From positions 1 through 64,000 of the IMG/VR virus record IMGVR_UViG_3300036966_000119: a stretch of 64,000 nt of DNA, one strand, 5' to 3'. The notes beneath the pieces are model-generated. The model searched no databases and had not been told where the DNA came from. It saw only the letters and a program-made list of their open reading frames with translations. Of this stretch, positions 10,081-18,968 are shown in pieces. Position 1 is the first letter of the stretch, and every line of letters starts with the position of its first letter. This DNA comes from a virus (lineage: Duplodnaviria; Caudoviricetes). A program made the translations under genes and the position numbers.

Positions 10081-10576
10081 AATATTTAAAACAAATTAAA
10101 ATATATATTCCGGAGGGGGCTTCACGCCCCCATTGGAAATATATTAAAGAAAAGGAAGATTCGTTGGGTTGTATAGCAGGTTACAACCCAACTAAGAATG
10201 GTCTTTGCCATGAGATAGTATTTGACATGCATTCCCCTTATGCCAAATATTACTCTTTTGTATGTTCAGTAAATAAAAAAATAGAATACGGGGACCGAAG
10301 TCCCCGTTAAAAAAGAGGGGATGTGGATCGACCATGAAAATCCACCTTCGCAATCTTCTCTGCTTTGGGGCTTATAGAAAAAATTACGAATTAAAAAACA
10401 GTGTACAGCATCACCGTTCATCGGCGGGAAACCCCGCCGACTACTTTGGTGATGTGTAGAACTTTGAAAGAGACACAACATATAGTTCCATACTGTGCCA
10501 CATGTGGAACTTTAAAATTTATGACACAGAATATTCATCGGGTGACTAATCCGATCTTTGAATATTACTCTCATGT
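10081..10576. other. Hairpin-dense non-coding block, possible structured RNA(s)
   Basis: About eight inverted repeats separated by A-rich (minus-strand U-rich) linkers between two convergent genes; no credible ORF. Confidence 0.45.
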
Positions 10577-11812
10577 TTATCGAGTTGGATTATTTATTTT
10601 TATTGACTGTAATAATTCTTGTTCAACTCGAGCAGCATCTTCATTAAATTGTGGAGCTGCATTCATGCCTGTTGATGGTTGTGCAAAGTTAGGAAGAGTA
10701 TAGTCATATCCTCCTGTATTTGATGATCCTGTCTTCATACTTCTCAAGAACTCCTGAGCATTAGTTGTCAATACAGAGTTCAGCATATTGTCATTCTGTG
10801 AATCAACAAATCTAATGATATCGGTAGACTTTGGTTTACGTCCACGTGTCATCTCGAAATACTCTTCACCAGCACCCTCCTTGGACCAATCGAAGAGAAT
10901 TGGTTCATTGGCGTTTGCATTGATTGTATTACCGAATCTATTGCCAAATGGAATTGACTTAGGATCATATACTGAATTCTTATGTCTGATGGCAGTAGAC
11001 ATAGGTGTGTCATATCCTGCCTGGTGAGCTGCAGCCATCTGCATATACTCATTAGCACCAGTAACATCATAAGATGCTGGCACAGGTTTGTAGTCTTTGG
11101 GTTTAACTTTCGGCTTTTCATCCTCTTTCTTATCACGGAGGACAATATCTCCAGTAATTACTCCCTTGAGTATTTCCCTGTCGGTAATCTGTGTAGAATG
11201 GTTTATGTATAATTTCGGAATCTGACAGAATGAGAATTTGATTCTTCCTGCATTAAATTCCTTCAGGGCTTCATCATAAGACATCCATGGATAATCGCCG
11301 TCTCCATATTTGCCCAATGATACATCAATTGCTTCTTGGATTATCTTGAATGCATTGACATAGTCGGATTGATTATAATAACAATTTCGGATACCCTTGA
11401 GCTTCTCATAAATTGCTTTACGATTCTCATTCTTATACATATCCTCGTTTGTTACATTATACGGATCATTTGGATCAGGTCGTACAATAGATACTTCCAT
11501 TTCCTCCTTGATCTTGGCTTTTTGTTCATCTGAGATTTTAAGTATGATGACATCATTACGAGAAGCCTTACGTCTATCGGCAGCAATACTCTTCTTCATA
11601 ATTTCCTTATGTTCTCTGAGTGCTTCCTCTGTTAATTCTTCTTCGTCTTCTGTTCCGAACTCTTCTTTATTTCGTTGAGCCCATCTCAGTTTTACTTCAG
11701 CCATCATTGTATCATCAATCATTGGTTGGATACCTTCCATCATCTGTTCAATGATGGCATCCAATTCATCGATAGGATACATATACTTTATCTCTTCTTC
11801 TTTGTCTGACAT
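10577..11812 (-). CDS. Hypothetical protein (411 aa)
   Basis: Long ORF, AAAGGAGGT RBS. Confidence 0.8.
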   Translation of the reverse strand: MSDKEEEIKYMYPIDELDAIIEQMMEGIQPMIDDTMMAEVKLRWAQRNKEEFGTEDEEELTEEALREHKEIMKKSIAADRRKASRNDVIILKISDEQKAKIKEEMEVSIVRPDPNDPYNVTNEDMYKNENRKAIYEKLKGIRNCYYNQSDYVNAFKIIQEAIDVSLGKYGDGDYPWMSYDEALKEFNAGRIKFSFCQIPKLYINHSTQITDREILKGVITGDIVLRDKKEDEKPKVKPKDYKPVPASYDVTGANEYMQMAAAHQAGYDTPMSTAIRHKNSVYDPKSIPFGNRFGNTINANANEPILFDWSKEGAGEEYFEMTRGRKPKSTDIIRFVDSQNDNMLNSVLTTNAQEFLRSMKTGSSNTGGYDYTLPNFAQPSTGMNAAPQFNEDAARVEQELLQSIKINNPTR

Positions 11813-11860
11813 GACATTACCTCCTTTATGAATATCTTTATAATTATATATCTATAGATA

Positions 11861-12178
11861 TCATAAATTAGCTTCTTCAAAGTGTTCTTGTATAGTAATG
11901 ACGGTTCCGTAATTCATATTGATTTCTCTGACTTTGATACATACATTTGCAGCATCATTGAAGTACGTGTTCCATCCAAATACATTCTTAGATACCCATC
12001 TGAAATCCTTATTGTGATATGATGTTCTATCAAAGAATTCTTTGTTATTGGATTTATACATATGCTGTTTGAATTGTTCAACGGCATCATCCATATCGTT
12101 TGCAAATATAACACATGCACCAAAACCGTACATGTCCTCATAGTCATATTTAATAATGAACGGAATCAAATCACTCAC
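11861..12178 (-). CDS. Hypothetical protein
   Basis: 105-aa ORF overlapping upstream stop (GTGA). Confidence 0.65.
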   Translation of the reverse strand: MSDLIPFIIKYDYEDMYGFGACVIFANDMDDAVEQFKQHMYKSNNKEFFDRTSYHNKDFRWVSKNVFGWNTYFNDAANVCIKVREINMNYGTVITIQEHFEEANL

Positions 12179-12375
12179 TCCTCTACTTCGACTTCAACTT
12201 CGTCTTCGTCGTCAACCTCTTCGTTTGATGATTCACCCATTAGCTCCGGTATAGCAGACATCATTGTCATGAACTCTAACATCTTCTGTGTCTTAGGTGA
12301 TAACTTTGGTTGTGTATTTGTAATACGACCATCGTCGTCTACACGATACTTATTAACATTCTTGCGTCGTTTCAT
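12175..12375 (-). CDS. Small protein, basic N-terminus and acidic C-terminus
   Basis: 66 aa, abuts neighbours, RBS GAGGTGGAG. Confidence 0.6.
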   Translation of the reverse strand: MKRRKNVNKYRVDDDGRITNTQPKLSPKTQKMLEFMTMMSAIPELMGESSNEEVDDEDEVEVEVEE

Positions 12376-12987
12376 TTAAAACTCCACCTCTTTCTTTTTA
12401 TTCTTCCATACATCGCCATACATCAAGGATACGAATGATGTTTCTTTTCCTATTTCAGACATCTTTTCATATGAATACGAAGTAACATTAAATCTGGTTT
12501 CTTCACCATGATCAAAATATCTAAAATATAATCCATCAGTATCCATACTAACAAGAAGCATTAGTATTTGAGTATCCTTTGTTTTAACAAGATAAGGATG
12601 TCCTACCTTGAAGAACTCAGTATCAAACGTAGGTTCAACCTCACGACACCAATTATACTCATAATAACCTTCGTCATCATGTTTGAATAAACGAACTCTT
12701 TCACGAGTCTTCTCACAAGACCCATCGATCTCGTATACGACACCAGTATCACAGTCTTCAAATCTGAACTTTGTATCAAACCTACAAAGGAAATTGACAG
12801 AAAACAAATCAATACCTCTTTTGGTTAATATCTCTTTGGGAGTATCATAATACTCAACTGTCAAAAGATACTCATCATCTTCATTGAAGTTATTGTACAC
12901 GGTATACTTTTTACCCATGTACTTAATATCCTGGTATATAGGATCCCATCCTCCCATTTTAAATACCTCCTCATTATTAATCATCAT
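12376..12987 (-). CDS. Hypothetical protein
   Basis: 203-aa ORF in tight operon. Confidence 0.7.
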   Translation of the reverse strand: MMINNEEVFKMGGWDPIYQDIKYMGKKYTVYNNFNEDDEYLLTVEYYDTPKEILTKRGIDLFSVNFLCRFDTKFRFEDCDTGVVYEIDGSCEKTRERVRLFKHDDEGYYEYNWCREVEPTFDTEFFKVGHPYLVKTKDTQILMLLVSMDTDGLYFRYFDHGEETRFNVTSYSYEKMSEIGKETSFVSLMYGDVWKNKKKEVEF

Positions 12988-13279
12988 TGAGATTCACGCA
13001 CATAATACGTAGAATCATTCTTGTGTGTAACCAAGCTGTTCTCTTGAGCCTATAATATTTGTCAATTACATGCCCTTTGAACAACTCATCCTTACCAACA
13101 TTGACTCTTTCGGCACCATGATACTTTCGCCGTATGTAGTCTCTTACATCACTTAAATCAGAAGATACATATACAAAAGATGGATCTTCCTCAGTATCAA
13201 GTTTTTCGACCGATAGAACGTATTTTCTTACCATTAGAAACAACTCCTTCTGTATTGGTTTTATATGACTAAAAGACAT
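12977..13279 (-). CDS. Hypothetical protein
   Basis: ORF, true start probably internal (MVRKY, RBS GAAGGAG); ATATATTAT motif upstream at ~13297-13307. Confidence 0.6.
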   Translation of the reverse strand: MSFSHIKPIQKELFLMVRKYVLSVEKLDTEEDPSFVYVSSDLSDVRDYIRRKYHGAERVNVGKDELFKGHVIDKYYRLKRTAWLHTRMILRIMCVNLNDD

Positions 13280-13455
13280 ACAAGAATCATTATTATATAA
13301 TATATCTTAATATATCCCCCGTCTATTATATTATATATATTTAAAAATAAAAAATAGAAATTAATATTTGTGTATTAAATATGTTATGAACCGAACCATA
13401 AGTGTTTATAATAGAATATTCTATTAAATCAGAATACGAAAGTTGGTGATAATAA

Positions 13456-14736
13456 ATGTCAGGATTGATATTTGATGAGCAATCATTAATAGATAAGCAA
13501 GTATACAAATATGATGAATATCTACATTCCCGTGTAAATAAATATACCGGTGCAGGAAGAATAATTGTTAAGTATTGGAATATTAATGAAGCCAATACAA
13601 CATCATCTCTTGGTATGGATACTCATTATAGAATACTTGGTCAAGATTCTCCATTAAGATATGATGAGATCGATAACATGGCCTTCATAGGATTCTCTCC
13701 TTTACAACCAGAAGAAAAACAAGCTTCTACTACAACCGTTAGAAACTATGGTTTATCTGGTGAAGCATTTGTTATTCCTGGTACTATAATGCCTAAGGAA
13801 AATGATTTCTTCATAGTAAAGCATCTTAATATGAATCATTTATTCCGTGTTACTCAAGTAACTCAGGACGGTTTAAATACCGATGGATCATATAAGATAA
13901 ACTACGAATTGTTCTCAACCAATCCTCAAGAGATAGAATGGTTGGGTAAACAAACTGTAGGTCACTATATAATGGATTTACAAACCATTGGTGGTGAAGA
14001 CCTCACGCCAGTAATAGGAAAAGAAGATCATGAATTACGTTCGCGTCTTGTTCGGATGGTGAACGATATGATTGAAAATTACAAAGCTCGATTTTATGAT
14101 GACACTCATAACTGTTTCTTGTTACATTTAAATGGTCGAACATTGTTTGATCTATGTGGTAACATGTTCATGGCTAAACATGGTGTTATGATCGTCGATA
14201 ATACATCCGGAAATATTGTTCTCAATCCAAATAAGATTCGTGATCCAAGAATGGATCAATTCTATCAAATGTCACCATACAAGTGGATTGAAAGAGATTC
14301 ACCAACTCGTTATATTGATACTTTCAAATATCGTATAATGAAAGGATATGATTATCCTGAATCATCATTTGCTATGTATGGTACAGATGTTGATATAATG
14401 ATTCCCAACCCAGCATGGTGTCAATCACCAAACTGCGAACCATTCTTCCCTGAAGAACTTGTTCAGATATTTGAGAATGAAGAGGATATTCGTGCATGTA
14501 AGATAAATGATTGTAAATGTTGTCCACATCGTAGTGATTGTCCGAGACACTACAAATGTCAACGATACGATTATGTATCTATTATACATGATTTCATTCA
14601 TGGAAAACTCACGGATATACATAAACTGTCTCTATATACTGGAGACCAGTTGTTTGATAATAATGATCACCAAGCAATATATCTGTGGAGTCCAATCATT
14701 ATATACATCATCAAACAAGTATTAAAAATTAAATAA
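13456..14736 (+). CDS. Probable virion structural protein with Cys-rich insert
   Basis: 426 aa; PGTIMPKENDFF.....LFRVT beta-barrel-like segment; C-x4-C-x-CC-x4-C cluster; AACC-gaacca-TAA upstream at 13389-13401. Confidence 0.55.
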   Translation: MSGLIFDEQSLIDKQVYKYDEYLHSRVNKYTGAGRIIVKYWNINEANTTSSLGMDTHYRILGQDSPLRYDEIDNMAFIGFSPLQPEEKQASTTTVRNYGLSGEAFVIPGTIMPKENDFFIVKHLNMNHLFRVTQVTQDGLNTDGSYKINYELFSTNPQEIEWLGKQTVGHYIMDLQTIGGEDLTPVIGKEDHELRSRLVRMVNDMIENYKARFYDDTHNCFLLHLNGRTLFDLCGNMFMAKHGVMIVDNTSGNIVLNPNKIRDPRMDQFYQMSPYKWIERDSPTRYIDTFKYRIMKGYDYPESSFAMYGTDVDIMIPNPAWCQSPNCEPFFPEELVQIFENEEDIRACKINDCKCCPHRSDCPRHYKCQRYDYVSIIHDFIHGKLTDIHKLSLYTGDQLFDNNDHQAIYLWSPIIIYIIKQVLKIK

Positions 14737-14752
14737 GGAAAGGAAGATTTGA

Positions 14753-16282
14753 ATGAACATTACTAAATGTGGCGGTTGCACATTTGACGTGAATACGGAT
14801 CCATGCAAGTGCCCTATAGTTCCTCCGAACTATCCGTTCAATAGACCTGCTCGTGACTCATACACATTCTGTTGTTGTGGCCCATCAAATCCGTTGAATG
14901 GTAAAGATCCTGTTACATCAGCATATCCTTCATCGGGTATGTTTAAGGGTTCAGCATTTGCAATGTTTAATGGTAATCCATATATAATGGATTCTACCAA
15001 TATGAAATATGGACAGGTTCTTGTATATTCCGAGAATGTGTATACCAACGTATCCCAGCGTGATGATTTGTCATGCATAAACCTTGCTGCAAGATTCGAC
15101 ATGACTGATACATCATTAAGCAACACCGTTAGGAATGATTTCCTTAAGCAGTATATCTCAAGAAAGTATCTTGAATTAGAAAGTGTTTTACCTATAATAA
15201 AAACCGAATACAAGATACGTATACATTATACCATCAGAGATGTAGACGGTGGTACTATCAATTCAACACATGTCGATACAGACATAAAGGATTCTTATTT
15301 CCATTTTACTGATATCAAAGATAGATTTGTTCAGTCTCTTAAGGGCCTTGTTGTTGCAACAATTCCTGCAATTACTTACCAGGGATTATACAACATCACA
15401 ATCGACAGAGTTGAGCTTATCGTCCAGATAATAAATACAAAGGAACATCTCGTTGATGCAATGAATCCTTTCTATACGTTCGTCAATAACAATGCTGAAA
15501 TAGTTCTTCACAATGATATTATCGAACCAACTGAAAAGGATTCAACATTGGTTATTGCGACATGCGATGTTAATCGTTCATTCGATTATCAAGCAAACAT
15601 AACCAACAGACTCCGTATATCATTTACTGCATTTACATCTGTGCCGATTGCATGTGGTGATACAATGGGTATATGGAATGCATTGAATGAACCAACAGAT
15701 GCTGTTATAGCTCAGCTGAGAAATGAAGTAACAGCACTTGAAGATGAGGTTGCTGCACTTCATGCGAAAGATGATGAACTCCAGGCAGAGATAGATTCTC
15801 TCAGCGGACAGGTTGAACTTAATAAGAACAACATTGCATCACTGACGACAAGAGTAATGACACTTGAATCAGCAAACGCTGTCAAGGATACATTACTCAC
15901 AGAAATTATCTCTCGTATTGAGACACTTGAACGTATACCTCTCGCTCTTGTTTCTTATGCTGAAGGAGTTAATTTCATTAAGTCACAGATTACATGGAGA
16001 GGTTATGGTGAACTTTATCAGGTTACACGTAACTTCACTGCATCGGGTGACTTCATGATGGATGTTGGTCTTGGTTACCTTGTTCCTGTCATTAAGGATT
16101 CATCTGAATATCAGGGTATACTTAATAGAGTATCAGAAGTAGAAGAGACTGCAACTGGTGCTACTGAAGAAGCGCATGCTGCAACAGAAGCAGTATCATC
16201 ATTGTCAACGATTGTTGATGGTCATTCAACAGCTATCGGTCAATTAACAACTGATGTTAATGAATTAAAAGGCAATCATTAA
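14753..16282 (+). CDS. Probable structural protein with C-terminal coiled coils
   Basis: 509 aa, heptad-rich segments (LRNEVTALEDEVAAL...), operonic with upstream gene. Confidence 0.6.
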   Translation: MNITKCGGCTFDVNTDPCKCPIVPPNYPFNRPARDSYTFCCCGPSNPLNGKDPVTSAYPSSGMFKGSAFAMFNGNPYIMDSTNMKYGQVLVYSENVYTNVSQRDDLSCINLAARFDMTDTSLSNTVRNDFLKQYISRKYLELESVLPIIKTEYKIRIHYTIRDVDGGTINSTHVDTDIKDSYFHFTDIKDRFVQSLKGLVVATIPAITYQGLYNITIDRVELIVQIINTKEHLVDAMNPFYTFVNNNAEIVLHNDIIEPTEKDSTLVIATCDVNRSFDYQANITNRLRISFTAFTSVPIACGDTMGIWNALNEPTDAVIAQLRNEVTALEDEVAALHAKDDELQAEIDSLSGQVELNKNNIASLTTRVMTLESANAVKDTLLTEIISRIETLERIPLALVSYAEGVNFIKSQITWRGYGELYQVTRNFTASGDFMMDVGLGYLVPVIKDSSEYQGILNRVSEVEETATGATEEAHAATEAVSSLSTIVDGHSTAIGQLTTDVNELKGNH

Positions 16283-16323
16283 CTGAAGAAGTTTTAAAGA
16301 AATGAACCAAATCTACTAAATAG

Positions 16324-16349
16324 ATTGGGTGGGGTTAACCCCACCCAAT
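16324..16349. terminator. Hairpin (terminator or processing site)
   Basis: ATTGGGTGGGG-ttaa-CCCCACCCAAT. Confidence 0.7.
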
Positions 16350-16375
16350 GATCTTTATAGAAAGGAATGAAATGT

Positions 16376-16912
16376 ATGGCACACACAATACAAATAGATG
16401 TTCGTGATTTAACTGTACCTGAAGCAAATCACGTTAACATAGCCGTTATAAATAAACCTAATCCTGTATTAGATTATTCTGCTACTGCCAGAGAAGTGTA
16501 TCTTCTTATGCAAATGAGTAATTACAGAATTACTGCTGCTGGTACTAATAAGACTATATCAGGAATTAATTATTATGATTACTTCCCTGAAGAACAGCCC
16601 GGTGGTGGAGGTGGTGTAACACCTCAACAAGTAGAAGCAATGATCGCCAATTCTATTGATGCTACTGTATCAGGAACATCAAAAAACTCTATTCAGAATA
16701 AGGCTATAAAGCAATATGTTGATACGGGATTATCTGGCAAGGCATCAACATCAACATTATCCCCAGTTGCAACATCTGGATCATACGATGATCTGTCTAA
16801 TAAACCAACGATCGATTCTGAATTATCAGATTCATCAACCAATGCGGTTCAGAATAAAGTAATCACTGGAACCATTGGTGACATCAATACCGTATTGGAA
16901 GGAGTGTTATAA
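16376..16912 (+). CDS. Tail-fibre/adaptor-like protein preceding the LRR genes
   Basis: Gly-rich linker, two ID..(V/L)S..S.N..QNK.I motifs and VATSGSYDDL, typical of phage fibre repeats. Confidence 0.6.
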   Translation: MAHTIQIDVRDLTVPEANHVNIAVINKPNPVLDYSATAREVYLLMQMSNYRITAAGTNKTISGINYYDYFPEEQPGGGGGVTPQQVEAMIANSIDATVSGTSKNSIQNKAIKQYVDTGLSGKASTSTLSPVATSGSYDDLSNKPTIDSELSDSSTNAVQNKVITGTIGDINTVLEGVL

Positions 16913-16930
16913 TATGCCAAATACATTAGC
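16832..16930 (+). repeat. 99-bp exact direct repeat, copy 1
   Basis: Identical to 21833-21931; covers adaptor 3' end, RBS and first five codons of the LRR gene. Confidence 0.95.
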
Positions 16931-18953
16931 TGAAAATCTCGCTAGATTGCAAGCTGCTAAAACTGCAATTGCTAATGCTATTACTGCTAAAGGTGGTACG
17001 GTTGGAAGTGGTGACGGTTTAGAAGAGTTTCCGACTGATATTAGCACTATATCAACTGGTGTTGACCCAGAACCTATTAATGCAGTTTTAGAGGAATCTA
17101 ATGGTGATTTAGAAACTGCATTAGGTGGAGGTTCATCACCTGTTGTAGCAAAAGGAACTGTTAATTTCTATGATTACGATGGTACTATTGTAAAAAGTAT
17201 GTCAAGTGCTCAGTTTAGAAGTCTTGAAAGTATGCCTGATAATCCTACTCATGAAGGATTAATCTCACAAGGATGGAACTGGGATCTGTCAGCTGCTAAA
17301 ACATATGTAGCTGAATACGGGTCATTAAATATTGGACAGCAGTATATAACTTCCGATGGAAAGACTCGAATCTATATTACTCTCACTGAAGGTAGAATCT
17401 CTCCTATTTTACAATTATATCTTAATGCTAACAGTGAACTTGATATTGACTGGGGCGACGACGGAGCTCATAGTACATTTACTACTACAAATGCTGATTA
17501 CAAAAGTGAAAGACATAATTATGCAACTGATGGAGATTATGTAATTGCTATAACAGTAACAACTGGCAGTTTCATATTACAATCTTCTTCCACAACAGTG
17601 TCAACAATATTATGGAATGAAAATAATAATGCAAATTCACCTGATAGAGCCTATAATAATTCTATTCAAAAAATTGAAATTGGTACAGGAGTTACTACTA
17701 TTGGTACTTATGCTTTCTACAATTGTTATTCATTATCATCAATAACAATACCTGATGGAGTTACTACTATTGGTGGTGGTGCTTTCAACGGTTGTTATTC
17801 ATTACAATCTATTACAATACCTGATTCAGTTACTACTATTGGTACTTATGCTTTCTATCAATGTTATTCATTACAATCTATTACTATTCCTGATGGAGAT
17901 ACACGTATTGGTCAATATGCTTTCTCGCGTTGTTCTTCATTATCATCAATAACAATACCTAATACAGTTACAAGTATTGGTCCTTTTTCTTTCCAGTATT
18001 GTTATTCATTATCATCAATAACAATACCTGATGGAGTTACAAGTATTGGTACTTATGCTTTCAGTAGTTGTTCTTCATTATCATCTATTACAATAGGAAA
18101 TTCAGTTACAAGTATTGGTAATTATGCTTTCAGTGGTTGTTCTTCATTATCATCAATAACAATACCTGATGGAGTTACTACTATTGATGGTGGTGCTTTC
18201 TATCAATGTTATTCATTATCATCTATTACAATAGGAAATTCAGTTACAAGTATTGGTCAATATGCTTTCAGTGGTTGTTCTTCATTATCATCTATTACAA
18301 TACCTAATACAGTTACAAGTATTGGTCCTTTTTCTTTCCAGTATTGTTATTCATTATCATCAATAACAATACCTGATGGAGTTACAAGTATTGGTAATTA
18401 TGCTTTCTCGCGTTGTTCTTCATTATCATCTATTACAATAGGAAATTCAGTTACAAGTATTGGTGGTAATGCTTTCAGTAGTTGTTATTCATTATCATCT
18501 ATTACAATACCTGATGGAGTTACTAGTATTGGTAATAGTGCTTTCTCGCTTTGTTATTCATTATCATCTGTAACAATACCTAATACAGTTACAAGTATTG
18601 ATGATAATGCTTTCAACGGTTGTTCATACATGGAGTCAATCAAGTTCACATCAGCAACTCCACCAACGGTTTCAAGTAGTAGTGCATGGACAGGAGTACC
18701 AACATCATGTATTATATATGTCCCTGCATTAGTTGCTAATAAATATATGAATGGAACTAATTATCCATCAAAATCCACTTATACATATATAGGATATGCA
18801 ACATATGAATCTGGTATTACATTACCTGATAAAACTACTGATGAAACATATACTCTTACATGGTATGCTAATGTAGAAGATGCTAAAGCTGGTACTAATC
18901 CTATTACTACTGGTAATGGTAGTGAAGTATATGCCATTGCTACTGTAATATGA
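16914..18953 (+). CDS. BspA-type (LRR_5) leucine-rich repeat protein 1, putative receptor-binding/adhesion protein
   Basis: 14 tandem 23-aa repeats IP.GVT.IG..AF..C.SLSSIT; PKD-like IDWGD segment; ATG at 16914 after GGAAGGAG. Confidence 0.9.
   Translation: MPNTLAENLARLQAAKTAIANAITAKGGTVGSGDGLEEFPTDISTISTGVDPEPINAVLEESNGDLETALGGGSSPVVAKGTVNFYDYDGTIVKSMSSAQFRSLESMPDNPTHEGLISQGWNWDLSAAKTYVAEYGSLNIGQQYITSDGKTRIYITLTEGRISPILQLYLNANSELDIDWGDDGAHSTFTTTNADYKSERHNYATDGDYVIAITVTTGSFILQSSSTTVSTILWNENNNANSPDRAYNNSIQKIEIGTGVTTIGTYAFYNCYSLSSITIPDGVTTIGGGAFNGCYSLQSITIPDSVTTIGTYAFYQCYSLQSITIPDGDTRIGQYAFSRCSSLSSITIPNTVTSIGPFSFQYCYSLSSITIPDGVTSIGTYAFSSCSSLSSITIGNSVTSIGNYAFSGCSSLSSITIPDGVTTIDGGAFYQCYSLSSITIGNSVTSIGQYAFSGCSSLSSITIPNTVTSIGPFSFQYCYSLSSITIPDGVTSIGNYAFSRCSSLSSITIGNSVTSIGGNAFSSCYSLSSITIPDGVTSIGNSAFSLCYSLSSVTIPNTVTSIDDNAFNGCSYMESIKFTSATPPTVSSSSAWTGVPTSCIIYVPALVANKYMNGTNYPSKSTYTYIGYATYESGITLPDKTTDETYTLTWYANVEDAKAGTNPITTGNGSEVYAIATVI
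17682..18647 (+). repeat. 14 x 69-bp coding repeats (LRR1)
   Basis: Constant anchors TTCATTA.CATC and GTTAC.A.TATTG with swapped variable modules. Confidence 0.95.
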
Positions 18954-18968
18954 AAGGAGTGAAATTAA

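Noticed and set aside
16875-16913. ORF-track N-terminus MVTSIPYWKECYN on LRR1 and LRR3
   Set aside because: It overlaps the adaptor gene; the RBS GGAAGGAG points to ATG at 16914 and 21915.
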